From positions 13,020,001-13,084,000 of the forward strand of contig NC_081331.1 in assembly GCF_022539665.2 (NCBI RefSeq): 64,000 nt of DNA. The letters run 5' to 3'. This document shows positions 1-39,625 of this stretch, one piece after another. Origin of the DNA: Daphnia carinata (taxonomy: Eukaryota). A program made the position numbers and the translations under genes. Each line of letters begins with the position of its first letter. Position 1 is the first letter of the stretch. A model generated the notes under the pieces. It saw only the letters and a program-made list of their open reading frames with translations, was not told the DNA's origin and searched no databases.

Positions 1-1593
1 AGATCAATTGGCCTGGATAAGCTTATGAAATAGTACTTCAAGAATTTCATTTCAATTTTAATGAATTTCTTGTACATTTCATTTTGGCTGAGACTATCCG
101 TTATTTACGTAAGGTTAATGTAATGTCATACCGCAAGCGAATTTGATGACAGTGCAATGACTCCACATCAGCTTTAGATTGCCAATTAACAACCTGTCTC
201 TCTAACACACATTAAGTAAGCCACCATTCACCTTTAGCCTGTCCCAGCTCAATCAAGAATTTCCATCCGTCCTCTATTCTTTATCGATAAAAATCATTTA
301 CTCGTCCGCTCTTATCTTCCCTTGTTAATGAAATTGCCGACGGAAGGCCTAGAGCTACGAAGAATGTGCTAATAGACAGGCACGAGAACGGGAAAGACAG
401 GAAGGCAAATGGGTTTAACAAAAGATGTTGGTCTGCCACGAAAAGAAAATCAAAAGTCCCAACCAAGGTCTTAAGTTGTTGCTCCGGGCAGACCGTCCAT
501 GACAATCAATTCCAATCAGGCACGTCGTGGCATTAGGCAGCCATATAGACTTTATTAAAACTTGGAAAAAATTATTTCGTTTGGCGAAAGCTCCAGGAAC
601 AGTATGTCGCTCCCTGGAGAAATGAAAAATGAATAGCAGTAGAACTACACACACACAAAAAAAGGGCTCTAATAATTGAAATCTTTCTTTGTGTGTGTGA
701 TTTTCTTTTTTCATTCATCATCATTTGATCTTTTCTCTTCAAGTTGGCTACGAGGACGTCCATCCTAGCTTCATCTTCAGATTTTCTCTGACGAGTCATT
801 GTTTCAAATTTCACAGCTCCCATCCCCACATGCTCACATTTTGCCCTCACTGTGTAAAAACCGAGGCGCTTGCCACCACCGCTATTGATAAACGCAGTGC
901 TTCCCCTTTTCTTTCCAAGTACAGCAACAACCGTCTTGTACTACATTAGGCTCCAAAGCGGGGACCACTACGTGCTTGGACGTGATGAAACATTGATTGG
1001 GTTTCTTTATGCCAAGTCTGTTATCATATGTGAATGGGAGCTGAGCGAAGCCAACAGTCGTGGGCTGCTTGGATAACATTATATCAGTCGACAAGCGTGC
1101 TCACAAGAGGACGAAGTCAATCAGAAAGAAACTCTGTACTGGGCGGCAATGGATGTTCTACGCTAGATACAGTCACATACCTACAAATAACACAGATATA
1201 GCTCTAGCAGTTTGTAATCCTCTTTTCCTTCGTGTTATATTTTGCCTCTTTTTTTCTTCCACCTTTGATTGGGCTCTTTCCTACACCCTGTAAGTGAACG
1301 ACGTAGGGGGTTAAGAAACTGTTGAACACGTTCGACAGCAATCACGATCTGCTGGATGGTGGTAGTGAAGTGTATATAGGTAGGTATCCTATAATTCCGT
1401 TGACAGGAATACATTTCGATCGAACAACAATAGATATCGTGCAGCTAAACTAATTTTGAAACCAACGATGGATCTTGGATTTGACAATTCATGTTGAGCT
1501 CTTGCGCTATCCAATCATGTTTTGTCTTTTTCTTCTTGATGTTTCTGTTTTTTTTTAAGGAGACCATCTTCACGGAGGCTGCTATCGTCCAAC

Positions 1594-4500
1594 ATGGGGC
1601 TCCTCAGCGAGGAATCGATGGAATTCCTGGAGCGATGCCGCCGCTCGCGCCGTTTGGTGCTCATCATCGTGGCCATTGCGCTCCTGTTGGACAACATGCT
1701 GCTCACAACTGTAGGTAAGAATTGCAAGAACTGCTAACCAAGGATTTAAAAAAAAACGGAATTAAAATATTGGCATTTTAAAATTCGAATGGACAGTGGA
1801 TAAATGCAAGATCAAAATGTTGCTTTGGTAGCAGTCGATTTGTTTTGCAATCGAATAATGTTTCCGATCGAACCTTTCCTATCAGAGAATCTGTGTGCTG
1901 AAATGAGATGCCATTGTAAAGATGATGGATCGATAGGCCAACGTTCTTTATATGCCTATTGTAGCTCAACTGAAAGCAGGGAAGTGGCTGCCTTCAAATG
2001 CAAATTTCAGGCCCATTAGCACTCTGCGCATCATTTGCGTAGCATATATCATAGCCAAGAGTCAACAAGCGCTCTTTATTCTTCTTGAAAACATCCCAAT
2101 TTCAGAAACGAATGGCGGCATATTGTCATTTTTAGTAGTGTTGAGTTTCTGCATATTTGTTTTAGTAAACACGTCTATAGTTCAATAACATTCGTCATCG
2201 AAGCTTTCCTCTTCATCTATTTAAATTTCATTTGCTATTGTCAACAAAACTCATTTTGGATTTACGTTGTATTCCATTCTATTTAGTTCCCATCATCCCA
2301 GAGTTTTTGTACGCCATCCGCCATCGTCACGATCCCGTCAACAACGTGTCTGTGGTCACCGAGGTAACTGAACCTTTTTCAATCTACACGACTAGCACTA
2401 TGCCCGGCTTGTACGAGAACGGAGCTTACGAAGAACCTGGCACTAACGTCACCTCTCGCTGTCTCCCTGACAAAGCTAAACGTGAGTTCCATATGCTAAA
2501 ATGCATCCCCTTTAAATCTGTTTGTTTATCGAAATTTAAAACTTGTTTTTAATTTCCCTACTTCAAAATCAAATGGATGAGATGTTTAATTATTGTTTTG
2601 GGTAGCGTAGATAATGGACAATTTCACATGCAGGTGATGCTGACTACGAGTTCAAATACATGGCGAAGCACAACGAGCTCATCCAGGAGAACGTCGAGGT
2701 TGGAATCATGTTTGCTTCGAAGGCTTTCATCCAGTTGCTAACGAACCCGTTCGTCGGACCACTAACCAATAAGTGAGAAGCGCATTTTCGCTCCAAACAA
2801 TTAATCAATGTCGCCGCATTGCTGGCGGCCACCATTTGGAAAGCAATCGCCCCCTAGTCCCGCGCTGGTGATTCCGGCATTCATATTCATAGTCTCCTCG
2901 ATAGCCCGTAGCCGATAAGGGCATTGCGATTCGTGAAGAATGGCTCCATAAACTGGGAAAGGGGCAAAAAAAAAGGGAAACGGGATGGAGTGCGTACAAA
3001 ACTATCGTGCAACATGTGTGCGCACAAAAGGGTATCCCACGAGAGCTAACCCTACGGTTGATTTGAGTTTCCACAAACTGATAATGAACAACCATATCCT
3101 TCTCCGCCCACCCGTACACTGTTCTATTACCTCCATCGCTCGCCATGGTACCTCATAAGCAAAAAGATGACGGATAACAACGTTTCGTATATAAATAAAC
3201 GTGTACGAACCGTTGCGTTGCGTTTCTTGCGAGCATTTCCAGCAGTTCGTATCGGCTTCAATCGATTCCTTCATCCTTGAGAGACTTGTTCCCATGACGC
3301 TGGGCACGACGACCTCGACATTTGCTCACTCTTTCTATATCGCTCCAGCCAGCAGTTGACTGAGTCGCCTAGATACTAGAGGTCTCGATAACGTCCGTCA
3401 AAACAATGAATAACAGTAGAACCTAAATCGAGAAAAGTCTTTTCTGTAGTTAAATTAGTAATCTTCTAGTACAGAAGAAAGCAAAGAAAATCTCTTTCCT
3501 ACTCCTTATGTTCGTTCAAGAATTAACTTTTTTATACCCGCTACGTGTGGGAGGTCAAATAGTTTCCTTGTTACGGGATGGAACTGTGTAGGGCATAGAG
3601 TTCATTGCCCTTCGTTATGTCCCCATGTTGTTTCATCATCGTCCTTATAGGCCGCGAGTGAGTCAGGTGAAAATCCCTAAATGATTTGACGCTTGACATG
3701 ATTAATCCTACAGACAATGTATCAATGCTCGTCAGCAGAGACCCTTTTGATTTATAGAACACATCGCACACGAGCTTTAGTTGGAATTGAACTTTGTTCT
3801 TTCCTTCTGCTTTTTCCTGGAGAGGTTAATTTCAACTCGTGATAACTACGAAACAAAACCTTTTACTTGAGTTATCGATCGCCAAACAAATTAAGTTGCG
3901 TAGTTAAAATAGTGTTATTTAATTTAGATTCTGTCTTAATAAAACAATGACATCAAATTTGCTTCTTGTGACTGTTATCAGGATTGGCTACAGCATCCCT
4001 ATGTTCGCTGGCTTTGTCATCATGTTCGTATCAACAATCAGTACGTTCACGTGATTCTTAATAGTTTCCCACAACAACACGTAATAAGAAATTTAAAAAT
4101 TGCGTTTAATGATTTCTGACAGTATTTGCATTCGGGAGAAATTACACGGTCCTATTCATTGCTCGAGCGCTTCAAGGCGTGGGATCTTCTTGTTCCAGCG
4201 TTTCTGGTAAGTCTTTAAAATGGAAGAAAAGTCAGTCAATTGAAAAGATCGGTATCATGCATGCTTTATAACTGCTACCATAGGAATGGGCATGTTGGCT
4301 GCTTGTTACCCAAACGACGAAGAACGTGGCAACGCGATGGGCATTGCACTTGGAGGACTAGCCCTTGGCGTTTTAATCGGTACGTAATTTTTAAAATTTC
4401 AGCTGCAAATTGGCAATTAGACTAACGTGTATATTGGTTTTAATGATTTAAGGGCCTCCTTTTGGTGGCATTATGTACCAGTTCGTTGGCAAAACGGCTC

Positions 4501-5974
4501 CGTTCCTTATCTTGGCCTGTTTGGCACTCGGCGATGGACGTAAGTGTATTGCATCAAAGTATCCATATCTACTGTAATTAAACTTTTACTATTGGTACGT
4601 AGTGTTACAATTGCTTGTCCTTCAACCGGCCATCGCCCAGCAAGAGGACGAACCACCGTCTGTTAAAGAACTGCTGATGGATCCCTACATCCTTATCGCA
4701 TCCGGTTAGCGACCTTTCTCCTTTATATTATTCCACATCCATCTGTAATAAAACTAATTCAATATCTGCATCATCATTTAGGAGCCATCACATTTGCCAA
4801 CATGGGCATTGCCATGCTAGAACCATCGCTGCCAATCTGGATGATGGACACCATGTGCGCAGAAAAATGGGTCAGTATTTGTATGTCTCGCAGCCTCGTT
4901 TCAAACTATTCTGATCATATTATTCGCCATTTGACAGCAACTAGGTGTAGCTTTTCTACCAGCATCAATCGCTTACCTGATAGGAACTAATCTGTTCGGT
5001 CCCCTTGGCCACAAAATGGGCAGGTAAAGTCATCATTAAGCAGTTCAAATATTCTTATTTCATTTAAGCCTTACCGTATGGACTCTTTAAATCAGATGGC
5101 TTGCGGCTCTTGTCGGTTTAGTGGTCATCGGAGTATGTCTCATGCTGGTAATATATCTATGATTTTAGCAGCCGTTTGCATGACTAATTATTTCAACTTG
5201 CAATAGATCCCGTTCGCGACTGACATAGGAGATCTGGTTTTGCCGAATGCCGGGCTCGGTTTTGCAATTGGTATGGTTGACTCTTCGATGATGCCTCAAT
5301 TGGGATACCTAGGTAAATATCCTCACATTTTAGCATACAGGTAATAAAATTTTATGTTCTTTTCTAGTCGACATCCGTCACGCAGCCGTTTATGGTTCCG
5401 TCTATGCCATTGGAGACGTGGCCTTCTGTCTTGGCTTTGCTATCGGTAGGTTAAGAAACGCATAGGACTAACAATGGTATAGCAATGTGTCACAATTTTC
5501 TATGCTACAGGACCCGCTCTCAGCGGAACTCTAGTTCAGACGATTGGTTTCGGATGGATGCTTTTCGGTATTGCCATCATCAACTTTATGTACGCTCCGC
5601 TATTGTACTTCTTGCGCAATCCGCCCACTAAAGAAGAGCGGCAGGTAAGAAAAACGATTGTCCAAACAGAATGTATTTCGTTGTAGAAAAAGAAGTTGGA
5701 TAGTGAACGTCACAAAAACTCTTTGCGGGTGTTAGTTTATGATTTTTTTTTTTTTTTTTTTGGGGGGGGGGGGATGGAAGGGGATTACAATTTCATTACA
5801 ACGAACACTTTTATTTATGACGATTGACTGAGCTTTTGGCTCTGCCCATAGTGACGTAAATGACTTGAAGGAATTTATGTTACACATTTGATGTTATTTC
5901 AGTGTCTTGCCATGGCGGAGAAAGCTACCATCAGTTACAAGGCCTTTCAGAAAATGGAAGAAGAATATCCGTAA
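1594..5974 (+). CDS. Vmat: Vesicular monoamine transporter (SLC18A1/A2 family, MFS), 15 coding exons, 499 aa
   Basis: GT-AG exons 1594-1714, 2287-2481, 2634-2772, 3982-4040, 4123-4206, 4284-4379, 4453-4539, 4603-4704, 4782-4870, 4938-5023, 5096-5147, 5207-5312, 5368-5445, 5511-5644, 5903-5974 sum to 1500 nt in one open frame. Motifs: [111 protein letters not shown] is VMAT-type rather than VAChT-type (LDNMLYMVIVP). Confidence 0.95.
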
Positions 5975-8738
5975 GAAAGAGAACCCCCTCCCAAAAAAAA
6001 TTAAGGAAAAGCGAAGAAGATGGACCTCCTACGACGAATGAAAAAGAAATCAAAGAAATGTGAATGCCAAACGAAAGAATGAAAGAATTTTCACCACACC
6101 CAAGCGGACCCAACGTCCAACCGCGTCTCATTTAAATTTTAATTAAAAGCCAGAATCCAATAAGATTGACGGCATATCGGATGACAACCTGTCACAAGAC
6201 CCGCTATGGCTGAGCGGGTTTCTGCCAGCAGGGCGTTTCCATACCGATTTGATTTTTTTTTTAGCGATTTCGCTAACGTGACGCGCAGATTTCAAAGGAT
6301 GACGCTGGGACGACTTCATCATGTGTGGTGAACTGGGCTCTCTCATCAAACCCAGGCAGTTCTTTTTCTCACAGGTTCAAAACTTTGCACAATCGGGTGA
6401 CTTTACAATAACAAAAATTTTTAAGTTTAAATTTCTTAAGTTCTCTGAAATTTGTTTCTGCTTTACGCCGAGTCTTTCGCCGTGCTGCGTCTATCCATGT
6501 ACCGTGTGCTGTGTGTATACTATCGCATCATCATCTAATCTTTTGACTGTTCTATTTGTTGATGGAAAAATCGATGTCAAATGAATGTCACACACCACCA
6601 TTAGCATCTCTTCTATCTTCAATCTTTTATTTCATTTCATTTACAATGGTAGAAGGATTTATTATTTTTTCAAGCGGCATCTACGTACCGAGCGAGTCGT
6701 CTGTGAAATCAGCACGCTTTCATAATCAAAACGAACCATAAGCTCTATCAAGCAGTATCAACAACAACACGAAGACACCCAATACTTCTCTCCATTTCAA
6801 TCACGAATGCCTCTCCACCCGAGTCAGGACGTAAAAAACATCTTATTTGGCGTAGTAAAAATAAAGGACTTGTATCAACTTAATCTGCGTCTTCGTGTCC
6901 CGAAAGAAAAGCAGGAATTTATGACCATAAAGACGTCTCAGTATCCCAAATAAACTGAAGACACGTTTCCATCCCAAGTTCCCTTCTAACAAGACCGGTC
7001 TTGAGTTATTATTACGCAGAGCATCCTTTAAACTGTAAAGGATTTTCCCCTTTTTTTCCTTGTTGTTCTTTTTCCGACGAGGTCATAACACCGAAAGGCT
7101 CCAGACGAGATTACCGTCGAATTTTTTTTTTATAGTCGATGTTTTTTCTTTTCTTTCTTCGTTCTGGAAAAGAAAGTTAAAAGGCGGCGGTTGGGTAAAA
7201 GTCATACTGGTTCTATATCTACGTATAGAAAAGCACGAAATTAGATAGACAGGTCTTTTTGAACTGTATATGTATTTGCTGTGGAGTACTGAGTAGGGAA
7301 GGATTCAACAGAAGCTTTAAAAACTGGCAGTGAAGAATTCTCAGATTTTCAAACCAGACAGAATATTTTTTTTTTTTTTTGTCTTCAAAACAATCTAAAA
7401 AAAAAATGTTGACACAACAAGGCATAAAGAGTTGGTGGCTCGTCGTCAATCGGGAACACTAGAATCGTCACTCACCATCCGCACTGTGCGGATCGTGCGG
7501 ATGGGATGTCGGGGCGGGGAGTTGAAAGTGATTTGGATCATGTCAAAAAAATGTTAGAATTTTTCATTTTCATCGAAAAAAAAAGTATTATACACCTGCT
7601 GAACACGTAATTGAATGAACACAGCATTGATGCGTCAATAGAAAGCGCTTCGAGAGGGAAATATAAAATGAATTTGAATTATCATCATTTTTAGCTTTAA
7701 AAGAAGAATCGGTGCTGGAAAGAGAAAAAAAAAATCAAAGATACAAAAAAGAACAAAAAAAATTCAAAATAACTTTTTTTTTCATAAAAAGAAACCCTGG
7801 ATGAAGAAAATCAGAAAAATTTAGCTTGTGACTGAATTGCACTGTCTAGAAAATAGGCACAACTACCGTAAGCTTTTAATAGAGGATAAAAAATTAAACT
7901 GGGAAATCGTCGGATTTGAATTAATCAATCAACTAAAAAATAAAAATTTCATTTGACGTGTCGGTCTTGCGTATCTTTTGCGCACGGTTGTTGCTTCAGA
8001 TCGAACAGTTTAATAAACCAATTTGAACGAAAGCGGGAACGAGAAAACAAGTACACTGTCGCCGCGAGTCTTTCACGAGAAAAACGGGGAAAATAAGAAG
8101 GCCCGTTTATTTCTTTTATTTTTGTCTGTTATTTGTCGGGAGTTGCTCGAACAGGATGTCGTGATTGCTCACGACATATCCTGGGTGTGAAACGGTGACT
8201 TAGCTTTGGCACGCGCTATCATGGGGGGGAAGTGCAAAGGGAAAATGCGGTCCGATTGGTGCGGGACTCGACGTGTTGTTGCCATTGAAAATTGCTGGCC
8301 CGCATAAAGCAAAAGACAAAGAATCAGCAGTGCCCAGTGAAACTATGAACAAGAGTCCGTAGTAGGGAAAAAAAAAAGGAATGACTGGAAAGAAAGATGT
8401 TAAGAAACACGGTCTTTCAATTGTGATGTCGCTGATTACGTAGCGTCGCGTTCTAAAATGAGTTTCATTACTGAAAAATATAAAAAAATTAAATGCGGAC
8501 AATAAGTGAGCGCAATTTTTTAGAAGTGATAAACTACTGGTAACCCAAATTAGGAAGGCAATAAGAAAGGCATTGTGGTTACCTGTCCTGGCGCTGTATA
8601 ACAACACCGGAAGACCCACGTTTTTTGTTTTTTGTTTTTTAAGTACAGTGTGAAGTTGCATGATTAGTTTCCTTCTTCCCTCCCCCCACATTTCTTTGCC
8701 TTTTCTTTAAATTTTTAATTTTTTGAAAACGGAAATTT

Positions 8739-27425
<18,687 letters not shown>

Positions 27426-28386
27426 CGCTGATGAGGATGGACTTGCTCTTGGTGGCCAACTGGGGCGGTACGAAAAACGTCAAATTTGTTTTTTAAACAA
27501 TACACACAAAAAAACTGAAGAAACCCAAACCACTATGGGTTTCCTCCGCTGTGGCTGTAACGACTTACAACAACCGTCACTTTTTCTTTGTCTACGATTC
27601 GATTCAATTGGCCATGCGACCGTCTTTTATGAACTAGAATTGTGATATCACCGTGGAAGGCGGCCGTAGTGCGATCACACAACTTCGACTTTACCGCTAA
27701 GAACTGTTGGTTATCCTCCGAATGAGGTAATGGCTGTATTTCTTGTGGACGCGCAGGGAGACTCCGACACGCGTCTTCCCCACCAAAGGACTCCTGAGTA
27801 ACCGCTGAGAGTGTTCCAAAACTCCAGAATCTTTGCCCACCTTGGACGGCTCCGCCTTCGCTCCAAACTGGCTACACCCACAGTTAAATAGTTCCAAACG
27901 ATTTTAACAAATTTCTAATTGAATTTGAAGAAAGACATTGCAAAAATAATTTGCATTTGATAAAATAAGTTCTCCGAAATATTCGCATTGTTATTTCGTT
28001 AAAACATTCCTATAGGAATTGATCCAGCAGATTGCGTGGCGGATGAACACCAACTGCTAGGCGGAGCCATCAGTGCTGCTTCTAGGTTTTCCTTCTGGAA
28101 CTCTGGTCAGATGGAGTGGGAACCTTGTGCAAGGTAGAGCTTTGCCGAACCGTCATCCGTTACGGCCGTGTAAAAAGTTAAAAGGCAGACAAACAAAATA
28201 CATTGAAACCTAAAAAGCATAGAAATTCTTGTTGTTTACGCTAGTGGTTTCTTAAGTGACGAGTGGCGGCGATCATGCCGCCGATGACCGTGTTCTGTGA
28301 TTAAAGAACAAAAAAAACAAAAAAACTCAGACATTTGGGCGTTTTTTTTTATTCAATATCGACTACCGTCGATTTCAGCAATAGCG
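27426..28386. promoter_or_regulatory. Shared divergent promoter / 5' UTR region of the two collagen IV genes
   Basis: Lies between the divergent start codons at 27425 (-) and 28387 (+). A minus-strand acceptor at 27460-27461 and candidate donor at 27693-27694 suggest a non-coding first exon for alpha1; TATTTAA on the minus strand near 27884-27890. TSS positions cannot be determined from sequence alone. Confidence 0.65.
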
Positions 28387-36179
<7,793 letters not shown>

Positions 36180-37159
36180 CTTCAAAAATATAAAATGTGT
36201 TAAGAGTACGAAAGAAACTTAATTCAGTTTAGTCTTCTTCCAAAGTCAGCAGAACCTTTTTTCGCGAAACGTTGGCGCGGAATTACCTGTGCACTTGCTA
36301 TCGTTTCCTTTTTTTAAAGCTCTCCAAAATTACTTTACGTTGCCGAGGTAGCACATAACTAGTAGATAGCGACACTTTCTCATTTATGATGTACAGACGG
36401 GGACTATGAGTGCTTTCCTACCGGTCTATGCTTTGTCAATCTCAATCCGTAGATCATCAACCGCCTTTTTTAAATTCTTTTTAAAATCTGTAATAAATTC
36501 ACGAGCGCGTGTGTACGCTCAAATTTTCGGAACTTATCACTGCCGTTTGTTAAAAAAAAAAATAACACGTTATTTTTCCTGTCAATAATAGCGACTTCTT
36601 CCGAATTTCTTTTCCTTGTATTGGGGCTTTTCTTTTCCTTCATTTTATGTACTGCTTCTCATAAATTTATAAATGACTTTTTTCAAATTGTTTTTCCAGC
36701 TTCTCTTGAAGTAAATCGACAAAGAGCTACGCCGTTATACCCATTTCTTGGACGAGATTATCTCTTTTTTTTTTTCAAGCCAGCAAATACACTTTGACAT
36801 TAAAACCGTCCCAAGAAGAAAATGAAGAAACAAGTGATTCTTTGTTAAACGGTGGAATAGAGAAATCCGTAACACTTCAAAACAGTGCGTTTGTTAGTAA
36901 CTTTGTTAAACAAAAAAACCGGGATAAAAATGGGTCTTTATTTTGTTTTTGGATAAAGTGTAAGTGTAGCAACCTATTACATGACTTAGATTCTAAACTG
37001 AACCAAAATCCCGAAGATCAAGTTTATTTGCTGGGTTGGGCTGATAACTTTTTGTTACAACACGGAAAACGGATGAACAAAGTTGTTGCACGAACAGCAC
37101 TTTGATTGGCGTAAACTAAGATAGACTACTTCGGATATTTCACAGATGGCAGGTTGGGA

Positions 37160-39499
37160 GAGAAAACCAATCATTACCTGGAAATCAGCATTCAATTAAG
37201 AGTATAATGCGTAATTCTAAACCAATTCCAAGAGATGTCGCTCTTGGCCTAATGGTAATTTCCGGATGAAGACACGTCTTTTACGTTTACTTCAAAAACT
37301 TAACACTTAACGTAAAAATGAAGGCAATATGCATGATTCTACTTGAATTTTGAATGCAAAAGCATATATTATTAGTTCATAATTTTATGTTTTAGAAGTG
37401 AACCACCAATAAATTGTAAAAAGCGGTGCTGCATCGTGCTAGTGCTGGTTTGCACTTTATTACCATCCAGACAGGATCCCCTATCGGGAAATTCAAAATA
37501 TTAAAGAAACAGCTGGTTTGAAGAGAAAACTAATAATTTTCCAGAAATCAGCGTTTAATTTGAGCATACACGCGCAATTTTTATAGAATTGCAAGTGGTA
37601 TACCTTTTTCGTGAAATTCTTGGACTTCAAAATAAGCCCAACAAAATATATAAGACCAACTTTTCCACTACGCCACAGCGCTATGGCAAACTGGCGCGCT
37701 AGTACGAACCAGCGTTCACGCAGTCAATCGTTTTTTAAATACACCGAACATTTGACAGAATGCTAGCGTGCCAGTACGCTATAGCGCTAGCGCTATGCAG
37801 CAGAAATAGTTGGTGTATTTTCAAAATGATTAACTTAATGGAAAAAATCGCAATTTTCTCGGAATCAGCATTCAATAAGGAGTTCCGATGAATCTCAGTT
37901 TTTGCATAACAAATTTTTAAGCCCGACTAAATAATAAGCCCGACTTTTCTTATTTTTTCGTTTTTTACGTTTAATTAAAAAACCATATGGCCCGTTTAAA
38001 AATAAATTTGATTTCTGTGATCAGCATTCAATTCTGAATCGAAATCATGTATTTTAAGCGAAATTTAAAATTTAGCCAAAAATGAAAAAGTGAGAAGGCT
38101 ATAGCCTTCCCACTTTTGTCAAAATCCGCAAAAAATGAAAACTCTTAGAATCCGATAAAAATAACACAGAACAAGCAAAATTGAACGGCGATTTCGATAA
38201 AGTGGTTTGTTTTTGCGTCAAATCAATCGTTTTTTAAATACACCGAATATACGACAGAATGCTAGCGCACCAGTACGCTAAAGCGCTAGCGCTATACAGT
38301 AGAAATAGTCGGTATTCAAAAAACGATTGACTTAGTGGAAAAATAACAATTTCACAGTGATCAGCATTAAATTTTGACTATATCTTGTGATTTTCAACCA
38401 ATTCTAATGAATGTTAGTTTTTGCAGTTTCAAATTTTAAGCCCGACAAAATTAGCCCGGCCTTGTGTTTTTGACATTTAATTTAAAAACTATAAGGCCAA
38501 TTGAAAAATAAAGCTGATTTCCATTATCAGCATTTAATTCTGAATCGAAATCATGTATTTTTAGCCAAATTTGAAATTTGGCCAAAAATGAAAAAGTGAG
38601 AAGGCTATAGCCTTCTCACTTTTGTCAAAATCGGCCAAAAATAAACTCTCTTGGAATTCGATGAAAATCATACATTATATTCAGAATTTAATGCTGATTC
38701 AGAAAAAGCCATTCGTTTTCTTGCCAAGTTAGCCGTTTTTGAAATATACCGAATATTCGTGCAAAAAACGTAGTCATAAGTACTTAAAAACTTAAAATTT
38801 TTTATGCAAAAACCGGCACTCATCGGAATTGGTTGAATACCACCGGATTTATTCCTTATTGAATGCTGATTCCGATAAAAGTATTATTTTATTCATTAAG
38901 TCAACCATTTCGGAAATACACCAAATATATCTATGCTGCATCTCGCTAGCGCTGTAGCGTACTGGCGCGCTAGCATTGTATCAAATATTCGGTGTATTTC
39001 AAAAACGAGTAACTTAATGAAAAAAATAGCAATTTTCCCGTAATCAGCAATAATTTTGAGTATATCCTGTGATTTTCAACCAATTCCAGTGGGCGTCAAT
39101 TTTTGCAGTTACAAATTTTAAGCCCGACAAAAGAAGCCTGGCCTTGTGTTTTTGACGTTTAAGTTAAAAACTATAAGGCCCGTTGAAAAATAAATTTGAT
39201 TTCTGTGATCAGCATTCAATTCTGAATCGAAATCATGTATTTTAAGCGAAATTTAAAATTTAGCCAAAAATGAAAAAGTGGGAAAGCCTTTCCACTTTTG
39301 TCAAAATCGGCCAAAAATGACATCTCTTAAAATTCGAGGAAAATCACACAGTATAAACAAAATTTAACGCTGAACCAGAAAATGCCACTCGTTTTCTTGT
39401 CAAGTTAGCTGTTTTTGAGTTACACCGAATATTTGTACAAAAAAATAAGAAAAGCCGGGCTTATTTTTAGTCGGTCTTAAAATTTTTCTGTAAAAACCG
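37160..39499. repeat. Modular palindromic repeat array (~500 bp higher-order units; foldback/MITE-like or satellite)
   Basis: Direct units at about 37724-38222, 38223-38760 and 39000-39490 with an inverted block at about 38790-39000; recurring words ATCAGCATTCAATT, AAATACACCGAA, GCTAGCGC, TTTTAAGCCCGAC in both orientations; more decayed modules at about 37160-37230 and 37520-37700. No ORF. Confidence 0.85.
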
Positions 39500-39625
39500 T
39501 TGTGAAAGTGTCTTTAAAAATAGAATAGTACAGAATAAAATAAGGTTTAATAATATGTTTATTAAATAAAGTTATTAATTAAAAAATCATATTTTTATAC
39601 GGCAAGAATATGTGAAGTTGTCTTC

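Noticed and set aside
974..1051. C/D box snoRNA-like arrangement (GTGATGA ... CTGA with GCTT/AAGC ends)
   Set aside because: Short motifs; I could not recognise an rRNA or snRNA-complementary guide. snoscan or Rfam would be needed.
1468..1560. Upstream ATG (MDLGFDNS) as VMAT start
   Set aside because: Reads into a stop, and the candidate splice to 1560 is out of frame; the ATG at 1594 fits the VMAT N-terminus.
7475..7504. Small hairpin CCATCCGCAC...GTGCGGATGG between the VMAT and Col4a1 3' ends
   Set aside because: 10-bp stem arising from a local GTGCGGAT duplication; too short to support a function.
37240..37300. tRNA-like A-box TGGCCTAATGG
   Set aside because: No B-box, anticodon arm or acceptor stem follows.
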